A stretch of DNA of 35,137 bases from Clostridia bacterium (GTDB lineage Bacteria; Bacillota; Clostridia; Oscillospirales; CAG-272), in NCBI GenBank assembly GCA_017453405.1, contig JAFTKF010000059.1, forward strand, positions 1 through 35,137. The letters are read 5' to 3'. A program made the translations under genes and the position numbers. The notes under the pieces are model-generated. The model did not search any database. It saw nothing but the letters and a program-made list of their open reading frames with translations, and was not told where the DNA came from. Within the stretch, counting starts at the first letter, position 1. Every line of letters begins with the position of its first letter. This document shows, in pieces, positions 26,745 to 35,137 of the stretch.

Positions 26745-27086
26745 TCAAAAATGCTCACCGTTCCAGCCCCAGTGACGGTATTCCGAGTATTTCGTATAGA
26801 TCCGATCGGGGGGAAGCTTCAGCAATCGGTGAAGGGTTCTTGTTACGTGTGCCGTCACACGCTCGTAGATCTCGCCGCTTGCCGAGCCGAGAAGCTCTAC
26901 CGAAACCATTGCCGCAGGGGCATCACTGCCTGCAAGGTACATCGAAACGCCATCCTCAATGATGACCATCAGCCAGCGCTCGCTTTTTCCGGGAATCAAT
27001 GCGATCGCTTCGGCAAATGCCGCCTTGATCTCATCCTTTGTCGCCTGATCGAGTGTCAGACCGGTATATAAGTGCATATTCGGCAT
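26745..27086 (-). CDS. MIF / phenylpyruvate tautomerase-family protein
   Basis: catalytic N-terminal Pro (MP), GKSERWLMV, PAAMVSV, RIY, C-terminal WGWNG. Confidence 0.85.
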   Translation of the reverse strand: MPNMHLYTGLTLDQATKDEIKAAFAEAIALIPGKSERWLMVIIEDGVSMYLAGSDAPAAMVSVELLGSASGEIYERVTAHVTRTLHRLLKLPPDRIYTKYSEYRHWGWNGEHF

Positions 27087-27096
27087 AGTACCCTCC

Positions 27097-28335
27097 TTAT
27101 TCGGTTGCCAGAAGATACGCCTTTTGTTCCTCTGTCAGAACATCCAGCGTTGCGTTCAGAGCTTTTGCCTTCAGTACGGCAACTTCCACATCGATCTCAC
27201 GGGGCACATCGTAAACGCCCTTGGTGAGTGTACCCTTGGTTTTGGCAAGATACGCAAGGCATTTTGCCTGCAGGGCAAAGGACATATCCATAATCTCGGC
27301 GGGATGTCCCATACCGCCCGCGAGGTTGACAAGACGACCCTCGGCAAGCAGATTCAGCCATCTGCCGTCCGCCGTGCGATAGCCCGTAACGCAAGGCTTT
27401 CTTTGCTCAATTGCCACAGCCAGCGATTCCAGATCGCCCTTGTTGATCTCCACATCAAAGTGACCCGCATTGGCAAGCAGAACGCCGTCCTTCATCACGG
27501 CAAGGTGGTCTTTGGTAATGACATCCTTACAGCCGGTCAGCGTCACAAACAGATCGCCGACTTTGGCAGCCTCTGCCATCGGAAGCACCTGAAAACCGTC
27601 CATCACCGCTTCGATTGCCTTCACGGGATCGATCTCGGTCACGTAAACGATCGCACCAAGACCCTTGGCACGCATTGCCACGCCCTTGCCGCACCAGCCG
27701 TAGCCCGCAACCACCACGCGCTTGCCTGCCACGATCAGATTGGTTTCGTGCATAATGGCATCAAATACCGACTGACCCGTGCCGTAGCGGTTATCAAACA
27801 AATGCTTGCAGTCGGCATCGTTGATATCGATCATCGCATAATCCAGAAGACCTGCCGCTTCCCGTGCCTTCAGGCGATGAATACCGGTCGTTGTTTCTTC
27901 ACAGCCGCCGATCAGATTGTTGCCGTATGCACGGCAGCTTGTATGAAGCAGTGAGATCAGATCGCCGCCGTCATCAATAATCAGATCGGGAGACTGCGAA
28001 AGTGCCGCGATCAGGTCGGCTTCATATTCTTCTGCCGTTGCGCCGTGAACGGCGTTGACCTCCAGTCCCTCTTCGGCAAGTGCCGCCGCGACATCGTCCT
28101 GTGTGGACAGCGGATTACAGCCCGTGATCGAAACCGTTGCGCCCCCTGCCTTCAGGATCTCGGCAAGATACGCGGTTTTGGCTTCCAGATGGATCGACAT
28201 TGTGATCTTCATACCGTCAAAGGGCTTATTCTTCAAAAATTCCTGCTCAATCTGATTCAGAACAGGCGTATAACTCTTGACCCAATCGATCTTTTGCCGA
28301 CCGGAGGGGGCAAGTGTCAAATCCTTAATTCTCAT
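27097..28335 (-). CDS. ahcY: adenosylhomocysteinase
   Basis: CNPLSTQD, DDGGD, EETTTG, KHLFDNRYGTG, GYGWCGKG, NAGHFDVEI, GRLVNL, GHP; RBS AAGGAAGG. Confidence 0.96.
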   Translation of the reverse strand: MRIKDLTLAPSGRQKIDWVKSYTPVLNQIEQEFLKNKPFDGMKITMSIHLEAKTAYLAEILKAGGATVSITGCNPLSTQDDVAAALAEEGLEVNAVHGATAEEYEADLIAALSQSPDLIIDDGGDLISLLHTSCRAYGNNLIGGCEETTTGIHRLKAREAAGLLDYAMIDINDADCKHLFDNRYGTGQSVFDAIMHETNLIVAGKRVVVAGYGWCGKGVAMRAKGLGAIVYVTEIDPVKAIEAVMDGFQVLPMAEAAKVGDLFVTLTGCKDVITKDHLAVMKDGVLLANAGHFDVEINKGDLESLAVAIEQRKPCVTGYRTADGRWLNLLAEGRLVNLAGGMGHPAEIMDMSFALQAKCLAYLAKTKGTLTKGVYDVPREIDVEVAVLKAKALNATLDVLTEEQKAYLLATE

Positions 28336-28440
28336 ATAACATCCTTCCTTTTTTGCTTCTATTCTTGATTTGATCGATGATATGCCAAGGTGCAAAGCTT
28401 TTGGGCAGACAACGCTTCGCTGCAAAGGGCTTTTTGCCGA

Positions 28441-30888
28441 TCAGGGTTTATCCTCTAACTTCATTCGCTTGGAAAACAAAGCGCTTTCGCGTTTTCGCGT
28501 GAGCGCAGTCGTCACCAGTGCCTCCCGAACAAGCGAGGGCATTTCCTCAGCCTGCTTCTTCATCGCCGAAACAGTAGCTTCATTCGGGGTAAAAAGCAGA
28601 ATCTCCTGCGGTAAACGCTTGACGATCAGCATCGACAGCATAGCTTCTGTCAGGCGGTGTGCTTCCTTCAGAGACACTCTGAGAACGCTTTCCTCCCCGT
28701 ATACCCCACGGGCAAAGGATAATGTCTTGTCATCCCACGAATAAGCAATCGCCTTGATCCCCTGCGATGCCGCAAAAACCAAGGGATGCAGTCGGGAGGA
28801 CAGCACAAACTCCGCACCCTTGATGATCCCGACGGCTTCACTTGGTGTGGGGGTCAGGATCGATGCCGAATAGCCTTTATTCTCAAGTGCCGCTTGCAGG
28901 CGCTCTGCTACGGCTCTGTCCTTGCTCTCCTGCATCAGGAGAATGATCGGCACAAGCCCCTTTTCAAGAGGCAAAAGCGAAGCACTTTGCAGATTTTTCT
29001 CATACTGCTTTTGATAGCGCTTGGGAACTGTGCCCGAGGGAGCGATCACAAAATACGCACGCTTCCGTGCTCTTCCCAGCATCGCCGCAACACGTGCCTG
29101 ACTGCAGGCAGACTGTAAGATCGCGCCATCCGCGCTTTCAAAAATAAACCGTGTTTTCTTATTTTCCTTCCAGAATGCCGACCCCTCGTGTCCGGAGGCA
29201 CGGTGATCCTTGGCTTCCTTGACGAGTGTTGTTGCCTTGACGAAGGAAAGACCGTCGCGCAGGGCAAGAATGCTTTGCGTACCGATACAGTTCGCAACCT
29301 TTCGTTGCTCCCGATGTGTCAGCTTACCGATGCCGTTGCTCCAATACACCACCGTTTTTCCCATCCGCTTGGCAAGACGGATGATGCCAAGATAATAGCG
29401 TAAGGAGCGGTGTGAAGTACCGCTTTGCAAAAGCGTTCCGCCACCCACATATAAGACCTCGCAGGAAAACAGTGCGCGAAGGATCTGATACGGTGAATAC
29501 CTTGAAACCGCGCGGACAGGAAAATCACGTTCGGTACGCTTCACATCTCTTGACAAAACCGTGATTCCACAGGTAGCGTCATCCCTGCGAATCCCCTTGA
29601 TCATATGCGAAAGTAAGGCATCATCCCCGACATTGCCAAAACCGTGATACCCAAGGATCAGGGCTTTGTTATACCGCTTCCGCCGATATGGCAAAAGCGT
29701 TTTGTAGAAATCGAGATATTCCTTTGTCACGCGCGTGAGCGAATACTCTTCTTCCACCACCTCACGCGCCTCTTTTCCGAGCGCATCACGCAAGCTGTGA
29801 TCTGCCGAAAGCAGTGTTTGAAGATCCGCAAGCAGGCGTTTTTCGGTGGGCTTTTCCTCGCCCCGACAGCAGAAATTGCTTCTCGACGCAACCTCCAGTT
29901 GCGCTCTGGTAAAGATACCGAGATAGCCGTCATTGCCCGACAGCACGGTCGGCAGACTGCAAGCCATTGCCTCCAGTGCCGCACGGGATACCCCGACGGC
30001 AAGATCCGCGCGCCTGAGATACGGAAGAACATCCTCTTTTTCCCCCGTCAGGGTAATGCAGTCCCCAAACACACGGCAAACACGCTCCACACGCTCCGAA
30101 AGCTTCAAAAACAGCTCACCGCCGCCCACGATCGTCAGATGCACGCGGTGCTCCTTCAGAAGTGTAGGCATCAGCCCAACCAAAAGAAAGGCGGTCATTG
30201 CCCGATCCTTATCGATGCGGCTGACGTGAACGATCTCCAGTGGCTTATCCTCACGCCGCTCGATAGCAACCGGTAGTTGCTTTTTATAAAAACGGTCGGT
30301 GTCGATACCGTTGACAGTCAGGTCCACGGTATCATAAGGTAGCCCGTATTCACGGATCAGATACTCTCTCAGATCCTCGCTGACCGCAAGGATACGTTCT
30401 CCCCAATAGCCAAAGCGGCGTGTCAGCGGTGTTACGCGAAAATCAAGATGTGCCGTCGTCACAAAGCGCACCGCATCATTTTTCTTGCTGTCATACGGTC
30501 GACAAGCCGCTAAGATCCCGCCCCGCACGACCATGCGGCAGGCAAGTGCCGCCAGCCGCGCGTGTGCGTGCAGAATATCAAACCCGTACCGTGCCACCGC
30601 ACGCCGCAAGATCCACGCGGACTTCAGGATATGATGCGGCATTCTGGAATTGAGGGGTGCCTCAATATGCAAAATGCCGCGTTTTTTTAATTCGTTGACA
30701 AAGATACCGCCGCTTGATGCCACTGCGACAAAACAGCCCTCTTGCATCAAGGCGGAGGCAAGTGCCAGAATGTGCGTTTCCGCACCGCCCGCGTTCATAC
30801 TGTTCGTCACAAACAGCACTGCGGGCATTGGTTCGTCGGGCGTCTGGAATACGCGCCCCTCATCTTTTTCTAACAAGCGAGACCCCAC
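28441..30888 (-). CDS. csaB: fusion of GT4 glycosyltransferase and polysaccharide pyruvyl transferase CsaB
   Basis: N-half GGAETH, HAHAR, NGIDT, LEAMA (GT-B); C-half GYHGFGNVGDDA, GGGTLLQ, SRLHPLVFA; start codon uncertain. Confidence 0.8.
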   Translation of the reverse strand: MGSRLLEKDEGRVFQTPDEPMPAVLFVTNSMNAGGAETHILALASALMQEGCFVAVASSGGIFVNELKKRGILHIEAPLNSRMPHHILKSAWILRRAVARYGFDILHAHARLAALACRMVVRGGILAACRPYDSKKNDAVRFVTTAHLDFRVTPLTRRFGYWGERILAVSEDLREYLIREYGLPYDTVDLTVNGIDTDRFYKKQLPVAIERREDKPLEIVHVSRIDKDRAMTAFLLVGLMPTLLKEHRVHLTIVGGGELFLKLSERVERVCRVFGDCITLTGEKEDVLPYLRRADLAVGVSRAALEAMACSLPTVLSGNDGYLGIFTRAQLEVASRSNFCCRGEEKPTEKRLLADLQTLLSADHSLRDALGKEAREVVEEEYSLTRVTKEYLDFYKTLLPYRRKRYNKALILGYHGFGNVGDDALLSHMIKGIRRDDATCGITVLSRDVKRTERDFPVRAVSRYSPYQILRALFSCEVLYVGGGTLLQSGTSHRSLRYYLGIIRLAKRMGKTVVYWSNGIGKLTHREQRKVANCIGTQSILALRDGLSFVKATTLVKEAKDHRASGHEGSAFWKENKKTRFIFESADGAILQSACSQARVAAMLGRARKRAYFVIAPSGTVPKRYQKQYEKNLQSASLLPLEKGLVPIILLMQESKDRAVAERLQAALENKGYSASILTPTPSEAVGIIKGAEFVLSSRLHPLVFAASQGIKAIAYSWDDKTLSFARGVYGEESVLRVSLKEAHRLTEAMLSMLIVKRLPQEILLFTPNEATVSAMKKQAEEMPSLVREALVTTALTRKRESALFSKRMKLEDKP

Positions 30889-30899
30889 CGTTTCTGCGG

Positions 30900-31682
30900 T
30901 CAGGATTCAGATTCGCTCACATACGATCCGAGATAAAACTGCCCCGAAATGCTTTTTTCGACGCCGTTTTCGAAGTAGGTATACCGACCGTAGCCGTGGG
31001 GCTTTCCGTTCTCAAACTGCCCCGTGTACACGCTACCGTCCGAGAAGGTATATTGCCCCATTCCTTCAAAATGTCCGTCGACAAAGCTTCCCTTGTAGAC
31101 CGAGCCGTCGGAAAAGCGAGCTTCTCCCTCACCGTTTGGCAATCCGTTGTTGTAACCGCCTTCATAGTATGTCCCGTCTTTGGTATAATATGAGATAGCG
31201 CCTTGATAATTCCACGCCGAAAAATACCCTTCGATCACCTGCGGCTCACCGCTTTGTGAGAGCGTTAAGCGCCCTTTTCCCGAAAACGCTCCGTCCTTGA
31301 AGCTGCCTTCATACCGATCGCCCGAAGAAAAGGTATAAACGCCCTCCCCTTCAAACACGCCGTTTTTGAAGTCTCCCTCATAGCAATCGCCGTTTGGATA
31401 GGTAAGCAATCCTTTGCCGTTGGGAAGATAGTCGCTGATGGCGCCAATATACACATCGCCGTTTTCGAAGTAAAGCGCCGACTCATCTTTGCTGTACTCT
31501 GCTGTTGTTCCCTTCAGGTAGACTGTGCCCTCGTTTTTTGTGCCGTAGTAGCTGATCCTGCCATAGCCCTCGATCGTCTTTGTCGAAAAGCGTTGTCCGG
31601 CTAACAGAAAGAGGATCACCGTAATAAGGAGCAGTACCGTCGCGGCAAGTGCGGAGGATACGAAAAAATACGCTTTTTTCAC
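30900..31682 (-). CDS. membrane-anchored MORN-repeat protein
   Basis: N-terminal TM followed by repeated YEGxFxNGxxxGxGxYTFxxG units. Confidence 0.88.
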   Translation of the reverse strand: MKKAYFFVSSALAATVLLLITVILFLLAGQRFSTKTIEGYGRISYYGTKNEGTVYLKGTTAEYSKDESALYFENGDVYIGAISDYLPNGKGLLTYPNGDCYEGDFKNGVFEGEGVYTFSSGDRYEGSFKDGAFSGKGRLTLSQSGEPQVIEGYFSAWNYQGAISYYTKDGTYYEGGYNNGLPNGEGEARFSDGSVYKGSFVDGHFEGMGQYTFSDGSVYTGQFENGKPHGYGRYTYFENGVEKSISGQFYLGSYVSESES

Positions 31683-32131
31683 GAGGCGAGATCACCCGCC
31701 GCCGCTATGATATCGGGAAGATAGCGCGATGCCACCAATGCCACGATGAAAAAGAGGATCAGCGAGACGATCACCACATACAGATCCGTTCCCTTTGCCG
31801 AATACCGAAGCTCCACGCGAATGCGGTCTTCTTCTGTCACGTAGTAGTGCATCACACCGTCTTTTTCAATGGGTTTGACATATTTCGACAAAATTCCGTT
31901 TTCGATCGCGTGCAGGATCAAGGGCTTTTTGTGAAAGCCAAGCGCCTCGGCAGTCATCGCGTTTTCGGCGTCGATCGCCTTGTGCTCGAGGATCGAACGG
32001 ATCGCCGAGCCGAGATAGGACTTGTTGTAATACATCGAAAGGATTCCGATCACGATCCCCACATACAGCGCCCAGACGAGCGTGGGGATCGCGATCATTT
32101 GAATTTCAAGGAGAATAGGCGTTACACTCAT
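31679..32131 (-). CDS. hypothetical membrane protein (two TM helices flanking a soluble domain)
   Basis: ATGA overlap with the serS stop and GTGA overlap with the next gene; hydrophobic N- and C-terminal segments. Confidence 0.72.
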   Translation of the reverse strand: MSVTPILLEIQMIAIPTLVWALYVGIVIGILSMYYNKSYLGSAIRSILEHKAIDAENAMTAEALGFHKKPLILHAIENGILSKYVKPIEKDGVMHYYVTEEDRIRVELRYSAKGTDLYVVIVSLILFFIVALVASRYLPDIIAAAGDLAS

Positions 32132-33411
32132 ATTTTCTTGATCACATCACAGCCAACGTACTTGCGAAGGACTTCGGGTACGGTGACCGATCCGTCGGCG
32201 TTCTGATTCTGTTCTACCAGCGCGGGCAGAATACGGCTGGTGGCAAGGCCCGAGCCGTTCAGTGTGTGCACGTATTCCATTCTGCCGTCCGCACGCTTCA
32301 CACGCATCATACCGCGGCGTGCCTGATAGTCACGTGCGTTGGATACCGAGGAAACCTCTTTATAACCCTGCATCGAGGGAATCTGGATCTCGATATCGTA
32401 GGTTCTTGCCATCGATGCCGAGCAGTCCTCTGCCGCAAGCTTAACGGTGCGGAAATGGAAGCCCAGACCCTTGACAAGGTTTTCTGCGTGGCTGACAAGC
32501 TCTTCAAAGGCTTCATCGCTCTTTTCAGGCAGGGTGTACTGCACCATTTCGACCTTGTTGAACTGGTGTCCTCTGACCATACCGCGTTCGTCGGCGCGAT
32601 AGCTGCCTGCCTCGCGTCTGAAGCAAGGCGTATAGGAGATATACTTTCTCGGCAGATCCTCTTCGGTCAGGATCTCATCGCGGTGAAGCGATACCAGTGC
32701 GGTTTCCGCTGTGGGAAGCATAAAGCGACGGCGTTCGTCTTCTGCAGTCTCCAGCCAATACACCTCATCACGGAATTTCGGGAACTGACCTGCCGTCAAG
32801 CCACATTCGTAACCAAGCATATGCGGAACGAGCACCAATTCATAGCCATTGCCGAGATGGGTATCCACAAAGTAGTTGAGAAGCGCCCATTCCAGACGTG
32901 CGCCCATACCACGGTAGATCCAGAAGCCACTGCCCGACAGCTTTGTGCCGCGCTTATAGTCGATCAGTCCGAGATCGGTGCAGAGATCCACGTGGTTCTT
33001 GGGTTCAAAATCGAAGGTGTGAGGCTCACCGAAATAGCGAAGGGGCTGATTGTTCTCTTTGCCGCCTGCGAGAAGATCTTCATCGGGAAGATTGGGGATG
33101 CCGAGCATCAGCGAAGTCAGCTCGGTCTCAATACCCTTCAGCTTCTCGTCATTCGCCTTGACCGTTTCGCCCATTTCCTTCATTTTGGCAAAGATTGCCT
33201 TCATATCTCTGCCTTCTTTTTTATACTGCGGTACCAGCTTGGATTCGCGGTTCTGTTCAGCCTTCAGGCTTTCGGTTTCGGCAATCAAAGCACGACGGGC
33301 GCTATCCAGCTCGACAATGCGGCGGATCTCCTCTTCGGCATCCTTGCCTTTTTTCTTCAGTCTCGCAATCACTTCATCGGGATTTTCTTTGATATATTTG
33401 ATATCTAACAT
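32128..33411 (-). CDS. serS: serine--tRNA ligase
   Basis: MLDIKYIKEN, coiled-coil arm, LPTAE, CFRREAGS, RGHQFNKVE, EVSSVSN, HTLNGSGLA. Confidence 0.97.
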   Translation of the reverse strand: MLDIKYIKENPDEVIARLKKKGKDAEEEIRRIVELDSARRALIAETESLKAEQNRESKLVPQYKKEGRDMKAIFAKMKEMGETVKANDEKLKGIETELTSLMLGIPNLPDEDLLAGGKENNQPLRYFGEPHTFDFEPKNHVDLCTDLGLIDYKRGTKLSGSGFWIYRGMGARLEWALLNYFVDTHLGNGYELVLVPHMLGYECGLTAGQFPKFRDEVYWLETAEDERRRFMLPTAETALVSLHRDEILTEEDLPRKYISYTPCFRREAGSYRADERGMVRGHQFNKVEMVQYTLPEKSDEAFEELVSHAENLVKGLGFHFRTVKLAAEDCSASMARTYDIEIQIPSMQGYKEVSSVSNARDYQARRGMMRVKRADGRMEYVHTLNGSGLATSRILPALVEQNQNADGSVTVPEVLRKYVGCDVIKKI

Positions 33412-33464
33412 CTGTTTTCCTCTTTCTTGTATCGTTATGATACTCTTTTGTATATTGTATTATC

Positions 33465-34343
33465 TTATAAAAGGTCATTACCGCCGATCTGGGCAAGGAG
33501 TGCCTCCAGATCGCGGTCATCGGTGAATTCCAGCTCAATGCGCTTGGACTTCTTACCATGGAAGATCTTTACCTTTCTGCCGAATTTCTTACGGAGCGCT
33601 TTTTCAAGCTCCGCAAGGTAATTCACATCCGAATTTTCTTCTTCGGTTTCGATTTCCACCTTGGGAGAGGTTGCCTCGGCATTCAGTTTTCTGACAAGAT
33701 CCTCTGTAGCACGTACCGAAAGTCCTTTGGCAATGACGATATCGGCAACCGACGAGATCTCGCTCTTGACAATCAAGCCGAGCAAGGCTCTGGCGTGTCC
33801 TGCCGAAAGGTCGCCATCGCTGAGGCGCTTCAAAACATCGGCAGGAAGATCAAGCAAACGAATGCTGTTGGTGATCGCACTGCGGCTCTTCCCTACCCGC
33901 TGTGCCAACATTTCCTGCGTCAGATTAAAGTTTTCCATTAAAATTTTATATGCGGTTGCTTCTTCAACGGGATTTAAATCTTCTCTTTGAATATTTTCGA
34001 TCAAGGACAATTCTGCCGTTTTCTGATCGTCGATATCCATAATCACAACCGGCACTTCCGAAAGTCCTGCCATTTTGGATGCACGCCAACGGCGCTCACC
34101 TGCAATGATCTCATAATAACCGCCCGACGATTTTCTGACGACGATGGGCTGAATCACGCCGTTCGCCGCAATCGAATCGGCAAGCTGAGACAGTGCTTCC
34201 GGCTCAAATACCTTACGGGGCTGCCCCTTTCTCGGCTCAATATCCGCAAGGCGCAGCATAGTAAGCCCGGTCTTTTCTTCTTCCATATTATCGGAAAAGA
34301 TCGAATCAAGACCCTTTCCGAGTCCTCTTTTTGGTAAAGCCAT
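33465..34343 (-). CDS. parB: chromosome partition protein ParB/Spo0J
   Basis: GLGKGL, QPRK, IIAGERRWRA (CTP-binding), LIENIQREDLNP, HTH KSRSAITNSIRLL, GHARALL. Confidence 0.95.
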   Translation of the reverse strand: MALPKRGLGKGLDSIFSDNMEEEKTGLTMLRLADIEPRKGQPRKVFEPEALSQLADSIAANGVIQPIVVRKSSGGYYEIIAGERRWRASKMAGLSEVPVVIMDIDDQKTAELSLIENIQREDLNPVEEATAYKILMENFNLTQEMLAQRVGKSRSAITNSIRLLDLPADVLKRLSDGDLSAGHARALLGLIVKSEISSVADIVIAKGLSVRATEDLVRKLNAEATSPKVEIETEEENSDVNYLAELEKALRKKFGRKVKIFHGKKSKRIELEFTDDRDLEALLAQIGGNDLL

Positions 34344-34449
34344 ACGATATTCCTTTCTTTACAGTGTTTGTTGTCTTCAAAACCTGAATACTCTGCAGAA
34401 GTTCTGTTATTTTCAGAAATTCAGACAACAAAACCCCTTATTTTCTCAC

Positions 34450-35076
34450 TTAAATTCGTTTCACCAGCTCTTTGGCAAGATCAAGATACAATTCCGCTCC
34501 CTTTGAATGCGGATCATAATACAAAATCGGAAGTCCGTGACTGGGCGCTTCGCTGAGGCGTACGTTACGGATCACCTTTGTCTTGAAGATCTTGTCACTA
34601 TAGTATTTTTCAAGCTGTTCCATCACCTGTTTGGTCAGATTCAAACGCTTATCGTACATCGTGATCAGAATACCCGTGATTTCAAGGGCGGGATTATAAA
34701 ACTTTTTGGTTTGTCTGATCGAGATCATCAGCTGAGAAAGACCTTCCAGCGCGTAATATTCGCAGGTCATCGGTACGATCACGCCATCCGATGCCGCAAG
34801 CGCGTTCATCGTCAAAATGCCGAGCGACGGCGGACAATCCACAAAAATATAATCAAAATCCTCTCTGATTGGCTGTAAAACATTCTTCAAACGGTATTCG
34901 CGGTTTTCAATGTCTACAAATTCAAATTCCGCACCTGCAAGGTTGATATTCGAAGGAATGCACCAGAGATTTTTAAATTCGGTCTCTGTTACTGCTTCCT
35001 GAGGGGTAATTCTGCCCACGAGTGCCTCATACACCGTGTTTTCGCTCTTTTTCGATATACCAACACCGCTCGTTGC
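34450..35076 (-). CDS. parA: ParA/Soj ATPase, 5'-truncated (homology begins at ATSGVG; Walker A absent)
   Basis: ATSGVG, PSNINLAGAE, DYIFVDCPPSLG (Walker B), EYYALEGL, TMYDKR, RNVRLSEAPSHG; the upstream 61 bp do not encode the expected VLLVDxDPQGN. Confidence 0.85.
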   Translation of the reverse strand, partial: ATSGVGISKKSENTVYEALVGRITPQEAVTETEFKNLWCIPSNINLAGAEFEFVDIENREYRLKNVLQPIREDFDYIFVDCPPSLGILTMNALAASDGVIVPMTCEYYALEGLSQLMISIRQTKKFYNPALEITGILITMYDKRLNLTKQVMEQLEKYYSDKIFKTKVIRNVRLSEAPSHGLPILYYDPHSKGAELYLDLAKELVKRI

Positions 35077-35137
35077 ACATAGACATAATTTACAATAAAT
35101 CAGTTGCCATATGTGATCTTTGACAACTTTCCGTTTC

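Noticed and set aside
28336-28440. Possible SAH/SAM riboswitch upstream of ahcY (minus-strand GCGAAGCGTTGT resembles the GAGGAGCGTTGC core)
   Set aside because: Core is mismatched, and the P1 partner and downstream pseudoknot complement (AACGxCGCTC) are not found
26645-33000. parS-like sequences (CGTGAAAACA at 26651; CCACGTGG near 32988)
   Set aside because: Only half-sites or cores; no 16-bp TGTTNCACGTGAAACA palindrome seen
33412-33464. T-box leader for serS
   Set aside because: Only 53 bp of AT-rich spacer, with no GGTGGNACCGCG motif
35070-35137. Group I/II intron or CRISPR repeat at the parA junction
   Set aside because: No GTGCG start or domain V/VI-AY end, no required 5'-exon U can be shown, and no repeat-spacer periodicity; too little sequence
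1-35137. Frequent GATC/CGATCG words as a HIP1-like repeat system
   Set aside because: Plausibly explained by ATC/GAT codon preference; over-representation cannot be shown without a Markov-model count

Overview
Chromosomal window from an endospore-lineage Firmicute (Clostridia-like; inferred from sigE, the glgC/glgD pair, csaB, GAAC-N4-GTTC LexA boxes and sigma-A promoters). There are about 30 genes: 21 on + (1-26008) and 9 on - (26082-end). The + block holds a nucleotidyltransferase/anomeric kinase/galE cluster, an aconitase-family hydratase, a TRIC/YadS membrane protein, a lipoprotein, a stand-alone sigE, lexA, an OmpR-type two-component system, a glycogen locus (glgB-like, glgC, glgD, glgA, glgP, GH13), an MBL-fold lipoprotein and an M32 carboxypeptidase. 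The - block holds a CarD-family gene, a MIF-like tautomerase, ahcY, a GT4-CsaB fusion, a MORN protein, serS, parB and a 5'-interrupted parA. I saw no rRNA, tRNA, CRISPR array or transposase/integrase gene. Most notable: (1) the glgB-like gene heading the glycogen operon is an intact ORF that has lost essentially all GH13 catalytic motifs (pseudoenzyme); (2) parA/soj homology stops abruptly at the DPQGN|ATSG motif and is replaced by unrelated AT-rich DNA at the window edge (candidate insertion junction); (3) a ComEC/MBL-fold lipoprotein has most metal ligands substituted; (4) sigE lacks spoIIGA/sigG neighbours; (5) a roughly 600-bp structured intergenic region precedes the glycogen operon. All calls come from reading motifs by eye; no database searches were run.
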